64,000 nucleotides of DNA. Origin: an uncultured Verrucomicrobiae bacterium (GTDB lineage Bacteria; Verrucomicrobiota; Verrucomicrobiia; Chthoniobacterales; UBA10450). Both the position numbers and the translations under genes were made by a program. The notes under the pieces were generated by a model. It saw nothing but the letters and a program-made list of their open reading frames with translations. It was not told where the DNA came from and did no database searches. Shown in pieces: positions 29,078 through 39,581 of the stretch (position 1 is the first letter of the stretch; each line of letters begins with the position of its first letter). The stretch covers positions 192,001 through 256,000 of the forward strand of contig CAVWPA010000003.1 in the NCBI GenBank assembly GCA_963756875.1. Reading direction: 5' to 3'.

Positions 29078-29182
29078 CCAGGCCGACCAAGCCACCTTGG
29101 ATTTTAGGTTTTAGCATCGTCCCTCGATCTCAGGTCGAGCGAAGCGGGATTAAAACCTACAGTCAGGGTGACCGCGGCCTGG
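29078..29182 (+). promoter_or_regulatory. Long stem-loop in the pnp leader
   Basis: CCAGGCC/GGCCTGG, CACCTTG/CAGGGTG, TAGGTTTTA/TAAAACCTA, CTCGA/TCGAG nested pairings. Confidence 0.6.
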
Positions 29183-29206
29183 AACTCGCAAATCCAGGAA
29201 AAACAT

Positions 29207-31372
29207 ATGCAAAAGAAGGTCACGGCCCAAATTGGGGCCCATCAAATCTCGATCGAAACAGGCAAACTCGCCAAGCTCGCGGACGGCGCGGTTGTTGTTC
29301 AATGCGGCGACACCATGATACTGGCGAGCGCAGTCTCCGCCACCGCCATCAAGGAAGGTCAGAATTATTTCCCGCTCATGGTCGATTACCGCGAAAAGGC
29401 GGCGGCGGCCGGAAAATTTCCCGGCGGCTATTTCAAACGCGAAGGCCGTCCCACCGAAAAAGAAACGCTCACGTCGCGAATGATCGATCGGCCACTGCGG
29501 CCGCTTTTCCCGCACGGATATTTCTACGACACACAGATCATTTCCATTCTGCTGAGCGCGGACGGCCAGAACGATCCGGACATCCTCGCGATCAACGGCG
29601 CGTCGGCCGCTCTTTGCGTGTCGGACATTCCGTTCGCCGGCCCGATCGGCGCGGTGCGCGTTGGCCGCGTCAACGGCCAGTTTATCGCAAACCCGACTCA
29701 CGCCGAGCGTCAGGAGAGCGATCTCGATCTGATTTACGTGGGGTTGGAAAACGACGTCATCATGATCGAAGGCGCCGCCAACGAAATTCCGGAAGCGGAG
29801 TTCGTGAAGGCGCTTGAGTTCGCCCATGAGCACGCGCGCGAGATGATTCGAATTCAAAAGGAACTCGCCGCGCAGATTGGCAAACCGAAAAGAGAGATGC
29901 CGTTGCTGCAGGTAAGGCCGGAGTTGCTCGAGATCGCCTATGAAGTTGCCGGCAACCGGATAGAAAGCGCGCTCTACACGGATGGCAAGGTTGCCCGCGC
30001 CAAGATGGTGGCGGCGCTGCGCGAAGACGTAAAGACCGCCATTCTGGATAAACAACCGGAGACCGACGCGTTTTCGATATCGCAGGCATTCGATTACGTG
30101 CAGAAAAAGGCGTTCCGGGTCAGCATTTTGGAGAAGCAAAAACGTGTCGACGGCCGAGGTTATCAGGATTTGCGATCGATCGGTTGCGAAGTCAGCGTGC
30201 TGCCGCGCGCCCATGGCTCGGCCATCTTTCAACGCGGCGAAACGCAGGCGCTTGCATTGGCGACGCTCGCGCCGATCGAAGAAGCGCAAATGCTCGACGC
30301 ATACGGTGGCGGCGAACAATCGAAGCGTTTCATTTTACACTATAACTTTCCGCCATTCAGCGTGGGCGAAACCGGCCGAACAGGCGGGCCCGGGCGGCGC
30401 GAGATCGGGCATGGCGCATTGGCCGAGCGCTCGCTCGCGCCGATCGTGCCCAACGAGAACGATTTCCGTTACGCCATTCGCATATCCAGCGAGATCATGG
30501 AATCGAACGGATCGACCTCGATGGCGAGCGTATGCGGCGGAATGCTTTCGCTCATGGACGCCGGCGTGCCGGTTAAGGGAATTGTGGCGGGAATTTCCGT
30601 GGGACTCGTCACCGAGCATGGCGACGATCAGCAATTGAAGCGTTACGAGCTTCTCACCGACATCATCGGCTCGGAAGACCATTTCGGCGACATGGATTTC
30701 AAACTGTGCGGGACCGACAACGGTGTCACCGGTTATCAGCTCGACCTGAAACTGCCCGGCATCAGTCACAAAATCATGTCCGAGGCAATTTACCGCGCGA
30801 AGGAAGCGCGCACGAAGATCCTCGGGATCATGCGCAGCGCTCTCGACAAACCGCGAGCGGAGTTGTCGAAGTACGCGCCGCGCATCGAAACGATCAAGAT
30901 CAATCCGGAGAAAATCGGTGCACTCATCGGCCCGGGTGGCAAGACCATCAAGGGAATTGTCGCGGAAACCGGTGCCGAAATTAACATCGAGGACGACGGC
31001 TCGGTCCACATTTACGCGACCAGCGGTGAATCGATGGCGCGCGCGAAAGAGATCATCGGCGGCATGGCCAAGGAGATCGAGATCGGCGTGATGTATCAAG
31101 GCCGCGTCGTTTCGACGAAGGAGTTCGGCGCGTTTGTTGAAGTCCTTCCCGGAAAGGACGGTCTCGTCCACATCTCCGAGCTCGCCGACTTCAGGGTAAA
31201 GCGCACCGAGGACGTCGTGAAAGCCGGCGACATCGTCTGGGTGAAATGCATCGGGATCGACGATAAAGGCCGGGTGAAACTTTCGCGCAAAGCCGCGCTA
31301 AAGGAACGCGCCGAAGCGGAGACCGGCCAGCCGGCGCCCGCTTCCGACGATTACGAGCCCGCGCGACATTAA
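29207..31372 (+). CDS. pnp: Polyribonucleotide nucleotidyltransferase
   Basis: [36 protein letters not shown] and S1 domains. Confidence 0.98.
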   Translation: MQKKVTAQIGAHQISIETGKLAKLADGAVVVQCGDTMILASAVSATAIKEGQNYFPLMVDYREKAAAAGKFPGGYFKREGRPTEKETLTSRMIDRPLRPLFPHGYFYDTQIISILLSADGQNDPDILAINGASAALCVSDIPFAGPIGAVRVGRVNGQFIANPTHAERQESDLDLIYVGLENDVIMIEGAANEIPEAEFVKALEFAHEHAREMIRIQKELAAQIGKPKREMPLLQVRPELLEIAYEVAGNRIESALYTDGKVARAKMVAALREDVKTAILDKQPETDAFSISQAFDYVQKKAFRVSILEKQKRVDGRGYQDLRSIGCEVSVLPRAHGSAIFQRGETQALALATLAPIEEAQMLDAYGGGEQSKRFILHYNFPPFSVGETGRTGGPGRREIGHGALAERSLAPIVPNENDFRYAIRISSEIMESNGSTSMASVCGGMLSLMDAGVPVKGIVAGISVGLVTEHGDDQQLKRYELLTDIIGSEDHFGDMDFKLCGTDNGVTGYQLDLKLPGISHKIMSEAIYRAKEARTKILGIMRSALDKPRAELSKYAPRIETIKINPEKIGALIGPGGKTIKGIVAETGAEINIEDDGSVHIYATSGESMARAKEIIGGMAKEIEIGVMYQGRVVSTKEFGAFVEVLPGKDGLVHISELADFRVKRTEDVVKAGDIVWVKCIGIDDKGRVKLSRKAALKERAEAETGQPAPASDDYEPARH

Positions 31373-31381
31373 GCTTCTGTT

Positions 31382-31552
31382 TGTGGCGGCGCTCTATCCG
31401 TCGCTTCGTAGCTGCGCGAAGGCGGATGAGCGTCGGACTAATGAATGCGACGGTCACAGATTGATTCGCGCTCGCCCGAGACGCTCACCCGATTCCCATC
31501 GGGCTATGCAGTCCACCCGGCGGCTTCCCAGCACGCCGTGTTGCCGCTACAG
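31382..31552. repeat. Second copy of the 19878 element with two nested inserts
   Basis: TGTGGCGGCGCTCT..GAAGGCGGATGAGCGTCG..GCGACGGTCACAGA [80 bp between TTG duplicates] CCGCTACAG. Confidence 0.8.
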
Positions 31553-31566
31553 TTTCCGGTCCTGCG

Positions 31567-32817
31567 ATGAAATCCGGATTTCTCGAAAAACTGATTGGCC
31601 GCCTCGGCAAAATCGGACCCGAGGAGGTGCAGAATTATTTTCTGCGGCTGGCGCAGGAGAAAGGGTTCTTCGAAACGGTCTTCAACGCCATCCAGGAAGG
31701 GATCATCGTGACCGATGCCAACGGGCGCATTACTTATCTCAACGAAGCTGCGTGCGAACTGTTCGGGCTCAATCCCGAACAATCGGCTGGAAAACGGCTG
31801 GATGAACAAGTGCGCGGTCTCGACTGGGGCGCGCTTGTCCAGAGCGGCGGGCCGGTTAGCCGTGATATGGAGATTTTTTATCCGACAAACCGGTTCATCA
31901 ATTTTTACATTGTACCGCTGACCATTGAGAGAGAGGACGAGGGCGGAGATGCCGCTCCTGCTTCACCGCGGTCGGCGATCACGGCTACAGCCGGAGCCCA
32001 GCAAGTGGGTCACGCAATGATTTTACGCGATATCACCCAGAGCCGGCGCACCGCGCAACAAACGCTGGAATCAGAGCGCCTCAATGCACTCACATTGCTC
32101 GCCGCCGGTGTGGCGCACGAAATCGGCAACCCGCTTAATTCGCTCAATATTCATTTGCAGTTAATGGAGCGGCAGGCCCGAAAACTCGACGGCCCGGCCC
32201 GCAAGGAGTTGCAGGAATCGATCAAAGTGGCGCGCGCCGAAATTAACCGGCTCGATTCCATCGTAACGCAATTCTTGCGCGCGATCCGGCCGACCAGACC
32301 GCAGCTGCGGCCGGGAAACATTAATCAAGTTGTCGAAGAAGCCGTGCATTTTTTTGCACCGGAGATCAAGGACAGAGATGTCGTGGTCGAGCAGGAATTG
32401 CGTCCGGATCTGCCGATGATCGAAATCGATCGCGACCAGATGAAGCAGGCGTTTTACAACGTGATTAAGAACAGTTTTGAAGCGATGAAGAAACGCGGCA
32501 TTCTGCGCATCCGCACCGATCGGGACGACACGCATATTATTGTAAGTTTCACCGACACCGGCGGCGGCATCTCTGTGGAAAACCTGAGTCGCGTTTTCGA
32601 GCCCTATTTCACCACCAAAAGTTCCGGCACCGGGCTGGGTCTGCTGATCGTCCGCCGGATCGTGCGCGAGCATGGCGGCGAGCTTTCAATCGAAAGCAAG
32701 GAAGGCAAGGGACTCACGCTGACCATTCGCCTGCCTTACACCAATAACCGCGTGCGAATGCTCGAAGCGGGAAGCTTGGAGCGAAACGACGAAGACCGTT
32801 CAGGGTCGCCAGTTTAG
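31567..32817 (+). CDS. PAS-domain sensor histidine kinase
   Basis: PAS (EGIIVTD..NEAA), H-box AHEIGNPL, N/G boxes, GTGLGL. Confidence 0.93.
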   Translation: MKSGFLEKLIGRLGKIGPEEVQNYFLRLAQEKGFFETVFNAIQEGIIVTDANGRITYLNEAACELFGLNPEQSAGKRLDEQVRGLDWGALVQSGGPVSRDMEIFYPTNRFINFYIVPLTIEREDEGGDAAPASPRSAITATAGAQQVGHAMILRDITQSRRTAQQTLESERLNALTLLAAGVAHEIGNPLNSLNIHLQLMERQARKLDGPARKELQESIKVARAEINRLDSIVTQFLRAIRPTRPQLRPGNINQVVEEAVHFFAPEIKDRDVVVEQELRPDLPMIEIDRDQMKQAFYNVIKNSFEAMKKRGILRIRTDRDDTHIIVSFTDTGGGISVENLSRVFEPYFTTKSSGTGLGLLIVRRIVREHGGELSIESKEGKGLTLTIRLPYTNNRVRMLEAGSLERNDEDRSGSPV

Positions 32818-32890
32818 CAGACTTACCGATTGAGAGATCGCGCGATTGAGTGAGAATAAATGGCGCACTGCCAGCTCGATATTTCGCTCA

Positions 32891-34327
32891 ATGGATTCCA
32901 TTCAACCAACGATTCTGATCGTCGATGATGAAAAACCGACGCGCGACGGGTTACGGAGCTTGCTCGAAGACGATTACGACGTCTATGTCGCAGGCGATAT
33001 TGCAGGGGCAGTCAATGTGCTCGAGCGGGAGCACATCGATCTTTTGCTGACCGATCTCCGCCTCGGCGCTGACGATGGAATGCAACTCATTGAGCGCGCC
33101 CTGAAAATGCCGCGCCCGCCGATTTGCATCATGATGACCGCCTATGGCTCCGTGGATACCGCGGTCGACGCGATGAAACGCGGCGCCTACGATTTCGTTA
33201 CCAAGCCGCTCAATCTCGACAAAGTGGAAATTCTGATCGCGCGCGCGCTGAAAGGCCGCAAGCTCGAACAGGAAAACCGGACACTGCGCCAGCAGGTGAA
33301 CGAACGCTACGGATTGGAAAACATCATCGGCGAATCGGGAGTGCTTCACGAAGTCATCGACACCATCCGGCAGGTCGCGCCTTCCTCCGCCAATGTTTTG
33401 ATCGAAGGCGAAAGTGGCACAGGCAAGGAACTCGCCGCGCACGCCATTCATAATCTGAGCCGGCGCAGCCAGGCCAAATTTGTGACCGTTCACTGCGCGG
33501 CGCTGTCGCCGCAATTACTCGAAAGCGAATTGTTCGGTCACGAAAGGGGCGCATTCACCGGCGCGCACGAGCGGCGGATCGGGCGATTCGAGCAGGCGAA
33601 GGGGGGGACGATCTTTCTCGATGAGGTGGCTGAGATCGATCCGAGCACACAGGTGAAATTGCTGCGGGTCGTGAGCGAAGAACGTGCATTCGAGCGAGTG
33701 GGCGGCAATCAAACATTGCGCGCGGACGTGCGCCTCATCGCCGCCACGAACAAGGATCTCGGGAAACTTGTGGCCGAGGGAAAATTTCGCGACGATTTGT
33801 ATTTTCGCCTAAACGTCGTGCGCATCACCATGCCGCCGCTGCGCGATCGCAAGGAAGACATTCCTATTTTAGTGAGCCGGTTCGTGCAGCATTTCGCCAA
33901 GGCGAACGACAAGCAAGTAGGAGAGCTTACCACCGACGCGATGAACGCCCTGCTAATTTACAATTGGCCCGGCAACGTGCGCGAGCTGCGCACCGCGATC
34001 GAGCACGGAGTCGTCATGGCGACCGGGCGCAAGATCACGCTGCGCGATCTCCCCACAGCGATGCGTGAAGCCACCGGCGCCGCGTTGCCGCGCGGTATTT
34101 CGCCCAGCCAGGCTTTCGGCGAGAAAAGAAATCCGCTCAATATTCACGAAACGGAACGGAAACTGATTCTGCAGGCCCTGGCGACCACTAAAGGCAATGT
34201 AACAGCGGCGGCAAAAAGGCTCGGCATCAGCCGGCGCACTTTGCACCGCAAAATCAACGAGATGAATGCAAATGAGTCGACCGGCCCTGCAGCCGGCGCC
34301 GGGGAAAAAGCAGCGAATGCCAAGTAG
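32891..34327 (+). CDS. Sigma54-dependent response regulator (NtrC family)
   Basis: REC, GESGTGKE, GAFTGA, WPGNVREL, HTH. Confidence 0.95.
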   Translation: MDSIQPTILIVDDEKPTRDGLRSLLEDDYDVYVAGDIAGAVNVLEREHIDLLLTDLRLGADDGMQLIERALKMPRPPICIMMTAYGSVDTAVDAMKRGAYDFVTKPLNLDKVEILIARALKGRKLEQENRTLRQQVNERYGLENIIGESGVLHEVIDTIRQVAPSSANVLIEGESGTGKELAAHAIHNLSRRSQAKFVTVHCAALSPQLLESELFGHERGAFTGAHERRIGRFEQAKGGTIFLDEVAEIDPSTQVKLLRVVSEERAFERVGGNQTLRADVRLIAATNKDLGKLVAEGKFRDDLYFRLNVVRITMPPLRDRKEDIPILVSRFVQHFAKANDKQVGELTTDAMNALLIYNWPGNVRELRTAIEHGVVMATGRKITLRDLPTAMREATGAALPRGISPSQAFGEKRNPLNIHETERKLILQALATTKGNVTAAAKRLGISRRTLHRKINEMNANESTGPAAGAGEKAANAK

Positions 34328-36053
34328 CGAGGAATTTGTCCAGCGCGCGGTGCACGCACTGGAAGCCGGAGTTCTGGCTATCTGGATCCGTCGCGCGCTG
34401 GTCGCCATCGCCATCGCGGCGATCGCGGTACTATATTTGTACCATTTCCGCGGACTGGCGACTTCGCAGGCAATGGACCAGGCACAAATCGGACGTGCCA
34501 TTGCCACCGGACACGGATGGCGCACAAACTTTGTCCGGCCCCGGGCGATTGGACAACTGCTGGCCCATCACAAGAGCGTCCCGCAAAAAATATGGCGCGA
34601 CACCTACAACGCTCCGCTACCGCCGCTCGTGGATGCGATCGCGCTCTGGCCGGTAAGAGGACACCTGAAGCTGTCACCGCGCGATCTTGTCGGCACCGGC
34701 GACAAAGTCATTGCCATCATGTCGATGTTTCTCTTCGCGTTATCGGTGGTGGTCCTCTTTTTTACGGCACGCCGGCTGTTCGACCGCCGGCTGGCCCTTC
34801 TCGCCTGCGGTCTCGTTTTACTCTGCGACGCCATGTGGCAGTACTCGCTCTCCGGTCTGCCGCAGATGTTGTTGCTGCTTCTTTTCAACGCAACCGTCTA
34901 CGCACTCGTGCGGGCTGTTGAAGCGCGCTACGGCGGAGAACCCAACACGATCTGGCTCGCTGCTGTTGGGGCCGGCTTCGGATTATTGGCGCTTACTCAT
35001 GCGCTCACTTTGTGGATCTTTTTGGGCGCTTTCGTTTTTATCGTTTTCTTCTTCAAACCGCGCCTCCGCACGGCGGCGATCGTGCTGGGTGTCTTTGCAC
35101 TCCTTTACCTGCCGTGGCTGGTCCGGAATTATATCGTCTGCGGCAATCCGGGCGGGGTCGCAATTTATAGCGTTTTGGACGGCCTCGGTCACAGCGAGGC
35201 CGGCTGGATGCGCGGGTTAGGCTTAAACCTGACGGGAATTGGCCCGGCCGCCCTGGCCAACAAGATCATGACGAATCTGGTCGCGCAGTTCGGACTCCTT
35301 TTTCAATATTTCGGATGGAGCATCGTGGCGGTGATGTTTTTTCCCGCGCTACTTTATTCGTTCAAGCGACGGGAAACTGCCGTGTTGCGCTGGATGATCC
35401 TCGCCATGTGGGGCGGCGCGGTTCTGGGTATGGCCGTTTATGGAATCAATGAAGAACAGGGCGTTGCTGCGAATCAATTGCATTTGATTTTCGTGCCGCT
35501 GATGACCTGCTACGGCCTGGCTTATCTGCTCGTGCAATGGAACCGCCTTGGAATAAACATCCGCCTGGCGCGGATGGCGTTCATCGCGTTGCTCTACTTC
35601 CTGTGCGCGCTGCCGATGCTTTTCGCGCCGCCATTTCTCGGACCGGCAAAACCGCGCATCTACTGGCCGCCTTACATGCCGCCGTACATTGCCATTTTAA
35701 ACGACTGGATGAAACCGGACGAGATTACGGCGTCGGACATGCCCTGGGCGATCGCCTGGTATGCGAACAGACGCAGCATCTGGCTGCCTGAAACGGTGAA
35801 GAATTTCACCGACTTGAGCGATTACCTGGTCCTCGGCGCTCCAATTAACGGCGTGTATCTCACGCCCATCAGCGGCACCGAGAACAAACTGGGCGACATC
35901 GTCAGGGGTGATTACCACGAGTGGACGGCCTTGATTCTACGAACGCAGGCCCTAGGAAAATTCCCGCTCAAATGGTCGACTGTGGAACTCGGGCTGGAAA
36001 ATGAGTGCCTTTTTCTGAGCGACCACGATCGACGAAACCCGGGAACGCCCTAA
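34317..36053 (+). CDS. Polytopic GT-C (ArnT/PMT-like) glycosyltransferase
   Basis: Many TM helices; early MDQAQIGR, YNAPLPP, PWLVRNY. Confidence 0.7.
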   Translation: MPSSEEFVQRAVHALEAGVLAIWIRRALVAIAIAAIAVLYLYHFRGLATSQAMDQAQIGRAIATGHGWRTNFVRPRAIGQLLAHHKSVPQKIWRDTYNAPLPPLVDAIALWPVRGHLKLSPRDLVGTGDKVIAIMSMFLFALSVVVLFFTARRLFDRRLALLACGLVLLCDAMWQYSLSGLPQMLLLLLFNATVYALVRAVEARYGGEPNTIWLAAVGAGFGLLALTHALTLWIFLGAFVFIVFFFKPRLRTAAIVLGVFALLYLPWLVRNYIVCGNPGGVAIYSVLDGLGHSEAGWMRGLGLNLTGIGPAALANKIMTNLVAQFGLLFQYFGWSIVAVMFFPALLYSFKRRETAVLRWMILAMWGGAVLGMAVYGINEEQGVAANQLHLIFVPLMTCYGLAYLLVQWNRLGINIRLARMAFIALLYFLCALPMLFAPPFLGPAKPRIYWPPYMPPYIAILNDWMKPDEITASDMPWAIAWYANRRSIWLPETVKNFTDLSDYLVLGAPINGVYLTPISGTENKLGDIVRGDYHEWTALILRTQALGKFPLKWSTVELGLENECLFLSDHDRRNPGTP

Positions 36054-36124
36054 ATGAGCATGCCTGCGATCTTCCGTGCGAAAGAAGCAGTAATCGCTGA
36101 TTGTCAGTTGGAAGGAAACTACCG

Positions 36125-36188
36125 CCCTCACCTGGTCCGGCGGCTGCCGAATCCTCCTCTCCCCGAGGGACAGGATTGAGGTGAGGGC
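36125..36188. repeat. CCCTCACC/GGTGAGGG palindromic element
   Basis: GCCCTCACCT..TCCTCCTCTCCCC..AGGATTGAGGTGAGGGC; second copy at 54615-54697 with an extra insert. Confidence 0.8.
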
Positions 36189-36276
36189 AAGTCGTGCAAC
36201 TGACCCGCACTATCCTCGAAACGTGAGCACTTGATTTTCCCGTTTACGAACTGCCCTTCGAGCGTTTCAATATCGC

Positions 36277-37662
36277 GTGGCCAGCGAGAAAAAAATCTTC
36301 GGGACGGACGGCGTGCGTGGCGTGGCCAACGTCGAGCCGGTTACCGCGGAAACCGCTCTGAAGCTCGGGCGTGCTGCGGCGCACGTTTTCACCCAGTTGA
36401 ATCCGCGGACGATTCCCGAAGGCACGCGACCGAAAATTGTGCTCGGCAAGGACACGCGTCTTTCCGGGTACATGCTCGAGAACGCGCTCGTTGCGGGAAT
36501 CACCTCACTCGGCGTCGATGTCCTCATTATCGGGCCGCTGCCTACTCCGGGCGTAGCTTATATCACGCGCTCACTCCGAGCCGACGCCGGCATCGTCCTC
36601 TCTGCGTCACATAATCCTTACGAAGATAACGGCATCAAATTTTTCCGGCACGACGGCTACAAACTGGACGACCAGGTCGAAGACAAGATCGAGCGGCTGG
36701 TTTTCGGGGGTGAAGTCGATTCCATCCGGCCGACTGCCGGAAAAATCGGACGCGCAGCGCGAATTGACGATGCGCTTGGTCGTTACGTCGAATTCGCCAA
36801 GGCGAGTTTCCCGAGAAAAATGTCGCTCGAAGAGATGCGCATCGCCGTCGACGTCGCGAACGGCGCCGGGTACAAATCGACGCCGTGCATTCTGCGCGAA
36901 CTCGGCGCGGAGGTGATTGTCGCGCACAACGAGCCGAATGGAATGAACATCAACGATGGATGCGGCAGCATTTATCCGCAGGAAATCCAGCGCGTCGTGA
37001 AAGAAAGCGGCGCGCACGTCGGCATCACGCATGACGGCGACGCCGATCGCGTCCTGCTTTGCGATGAGAACGGCGAGATTGTCGACGGCGACGAAATTCT
37101 TGCCATCGCGGCAATCGATCTTTTGCGAAACAAACAGCTCCAGGAGAATACGCTGGTTGCGACCGTAATGAGCAACTTCGGGCTGGATGAAGCGCTGGCC
37201 GCGAATGGCGGCAAGGTTCTCCGCACGAAAGTGGGCGATCGTTACGTCATTGAGGAAATGGTGGCGCGCAATCTGAATCTCGGCGGCGAACAGAGCGGCC
37301 ACATTATTTTTCGTGATTTTAGCACCACCGGAGACGGCATCATCAGCGCGCTGCAAATCTTACGGATCATGCACGCAACCGGTCAGCCGCTCAGCAAATT
37401 GAAAGCGTGTCTAAAAAAATACCCGCAGGCCCAGCGCAACTTGAAAGTTAAGGCAAAACCGCCTATCGAAGAATTGCGCGAGGTTGTAAAGCTGCGCGAC
37501 GAAGTGGAACGCGAGCTCGGCGGCAAAGGCCGCGTCCTTTTACGCTATTCCGGCACCGAGCCCAAAATTCGACTGCTCATCGAAGGTCGCGAACTGGACA
37601 AAATCGATAGGCAGGCCAACCGCATTGCCGATGCAATCCAAAGCGCAATCGGCGCAAACTGA
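36277..37662 (+). CDS. glmM: Phosphoglucosamine mutase
   Basis: FGTDGVRG, GKDTRLSGYMLE, SASHNP, DGDADR, GGEQSGH, RYSGTEP. Confidence 0.97.
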   Translation: MASEKKIFGTDGVRGVANVEPVTAETALKLGRAAAHVFTQLNPRTIPEGTRPKIVLGKDTRLSGYMLENALVAGITSLGVDVLIIGPLPTPGVAYITRSLRADAGIVLSASHNPYEDNGIKFFRHDGYKLDDQVEDKIERLVFGGEVDSIRPTAGKIGRAARIDDALGRYVEFAKASFPRKMSLEEMRIAVDVANGAGYKSTPCILRELGAEVIVAHNEPNGMNINDGCGSIYPQEIQRVVKESGAHVGITHDGDADRVLLCDENGEIVDGDEILAIAAIDLLRNKQLQENTLVATVMSNFGLDEALAANGGKVLRTKVGDRYVIEEMVARNLNLGGEQSGHIIFRDFSTTGDGIISALQILRIMHATGQPLSKLKACLKKYPQAQRNLKVKAKPPIEELREVVKLRDEVERELGGKGRVLLRYSGTEPKIRLLIEGRELDKIDRQANRIADAIQSAIGAN

Positions 37663-37692
37663 ACCCGATGACGCGCGATCGATTTTTGAGAC

Positions 37693-37752
37693 TGGAGGGC
37701 GCGGCGGTGTCAGCGCCTATGAATTTGGGACACGACGGCGCGTGTCCCTCCA
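37693..37752. repeat. GGAG-type palindromic element (insert-free form)
   Basis: TGGAGGGCGCG..GAATT..GGGACACGACGGCGCGTGTCCCTCCA. Confidence 0.8.
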
Positions 37753-37759
37753 TTAGCTC

Positions 37760-38374
37760 ATGACGCTGACCAAAGTCATCGAGGCGCTTCTTTGCAGCGC
37801 GCGGAAGCCGCTCCCGGCAAAGGAGATTGTCGAAGTCTTGAAACGCGCAGGCGAGGCGGACTCGTTGTCGCCCAACGAATTTTCCAGAGTGCGCGAACCG
37901 GAAGTGGCCGCGGCGCTTCAGCAATTGAAGATCGAATACGTCGAACAACAGCGCGGGTTTCAACTTGTGGAGAAAGCCGAAGGCTGGCAGCTGGCGACCG
38001 ATCCCCAATATGCGCCGTGGGTGCGCGAGCTTTTTCCCGAACCGAAGGCGGCTCGACTGACTTCACCCGCGCTGGAGACGCTGGCAATTATTGCCTACCG
38101 CCAGCCGATTACGCGCGCCGATGTCGAGGCGGTCCGCGGTGTCACCATAGACAGTGTCCTGCAGACGTTGATGGAACGCGGCCTTGTCAAAATTGCGGGC
38201 CGCGCTGAGATCCCCGGCAGACCCCTGCTTTACGAGACGACGCAATTCTTTCTCGATCACTTCGGTCTGCGTAATCTGGATGAATTGCCAAACGTCGAGG
38301 AATTGAGAAGACGCTATCTCCCGGTAGCTTCGCGGGTCGAAGCATCTAAGGCCCCGGAGCCGCCCCCTGAGTAG
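37760..38374 (+). CDS. scpB: SMC-Scp complex subunit ScpB
   Basis: ALETLAIIAYRQPITRADVEAVRGV, PGRPLLYETT. Confidence 0.95.
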   Translation: MTLTKVIEALLCSARKPLPAKEIVEVLKRAGEADSLSPNEFSRVREPEVAAALQQLKIEYVEQQRGFQLVEKAEGWQLATDPQYAPWVRELFPEPKAARLTSPALETLAIIAYRQPITRADVEAVRGVTIDSVLQTLMERGLVKIAGRAEIPGRPLLYETTQFFLDHFGLRNLDELPNVEELRRRYLPVASRVEASKAPEPPPE

Positions 38375-38497
38375 CGCACGTGTCTCGCGTGTTGGCGAAA
38401 GCGTCCCGTTTTCGCAGGCTTTCATTGTGTTTACCATCAACCAAAAGGTTGTTTCGGCGAGACGCCGGAACCAGCGCGCGAGACGCGTCCGCTACCC
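38369..38497. repeat. About 130-bp terminal-IR element spanning the scpB stop and the next gene's start
   Basis: GAGTAGCGCACGTGTCTCGCGTG ... CGCGCGAGACGCGTCCGCTACCC; relative at 40765-40918. Confidence 0.8.
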
Positions 38498-39518
38498 AAT
38501 TCGTTTCCTTGCCGCGCTCCTTCTCCTAACCGGCACTACGGCGTTTGGAGAAATCTCTTCGGCCGATTGCGCGCGCGCCGCAAAATATTCGGAAAAGGAG
38601 CGCGGCATCTCGATGCTCGCCATGCAAAACGGTCGCACCGTTTTCGAGCATTACGCGAATGGCGGCGCGGCTAATGGCCGGTGGCCGATCTTCAGCGGCA
38701 CGAAGAGCTTTTGGGGAATTGCCGCTCTCTGCGCGGTCAAAGAAGGTCTGTTCAGGTTTGATGATCGCGTGGCCGACACGATCATCGAGTGGAGAAACGA
38801 TCCGCTCCGATCGCAGATCACAATTCGCGAGCTTCTGCATTTCACCGACGGGATCGAAGCCGCATCGCACTTGCAGAGCTCGTCGGTCCGCGACCGCAAT
38901 GGCATGGCAATCCGGCTGCGAATCGTAGCCAGACCCGGCTCGGCTTTTATTTACGGCCCGAGCCATCTCCAGATTTTTTTGGAATTGCTCCGGCGAAAAT
39001 TACATGACCGCACAACGACTTCGTATCTTGAAGAGCATGTCCTCAACCCGCTTGGATTATATAATCTCAACTATAAAAAGGACTCTCGCGGTCATCCGCT
39101 TGCCGCCAGCGGTTTCGAACTGACCGCGCGCGAGTGGGCCCGCTTCGGCGAAATGGTCCTCGGTCACGGAAGCTACAATGGCCACCAGGTGGTCTCCGCA
39201 GGTTTACTCCGCGAGGCGTTTGTCGGGTCGCCGGCAAATCCATCTTACGGAATGACATTCTGGCTAAATCGCGAGGCAGGCACCTTCGCCCATGAAGCGA
39301 ACATCGAAAAAATGCTCGACTTGCCATGGAAACGCGCGAACTGGAGAAACATTTGCATTGGCCGAAGCGCGCCTGCCGACATGGTGGTCGCTCTGGGCTC
39401 CGATTATCAGCGTCTTTTTATTATTCCATCGATGAACGCCCTGATTGTGCGCCAGGGATCGAATGCGAAATTCTCCGACGCACATTTCCTGCGGCTCGCC
39501 CTGGAGCACAGCCGGTAG
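38427..39518 (+). CDS. Secreted serine hydrolase (beta-lactamase class C-like fold)
   Basis: SxxK motif FSGTKS, ITIRELL, FIYGP, AREWARFG; start uncertain. Confidence 0.85.
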   Translation: MFTINQKVVSARRRNQRARRVRYPIRFLAALLLLTGTTAFGEISSADCARAAKYSEKERGISMLAMQNGRTVFEHYANGGAANGRWPIFSGTKSFWGIAALCAVKEGLFRFDDRVADTIIEWRNDPLRSQITIRELLHFTDGIEAASHLQSSSVRDRNGMAIRLRIVARPGSAFIYGPSHLQIFLELLRRKLHDRTTTSYLEEHVLNPLGLYNLNYKKDSRGHPLAASGFELTAREWARFGEMVLGHGSYNGHQVVSAGLLREAFVGSPANPSYGMTFWLNREAGTFAHEANIEKMLDLPWKRANWRNICIGRSAPADMVVALGSDYQRLFIIPSMNALIVRQGSNAKFSDAHFLRLALEHSR

Positions 39519-39581
39519 CCCGAGACCGGGCCGCGCCGGAGTTGACTTGACTGCGCATTTCTTGAACGATGCCAGGAGTCG

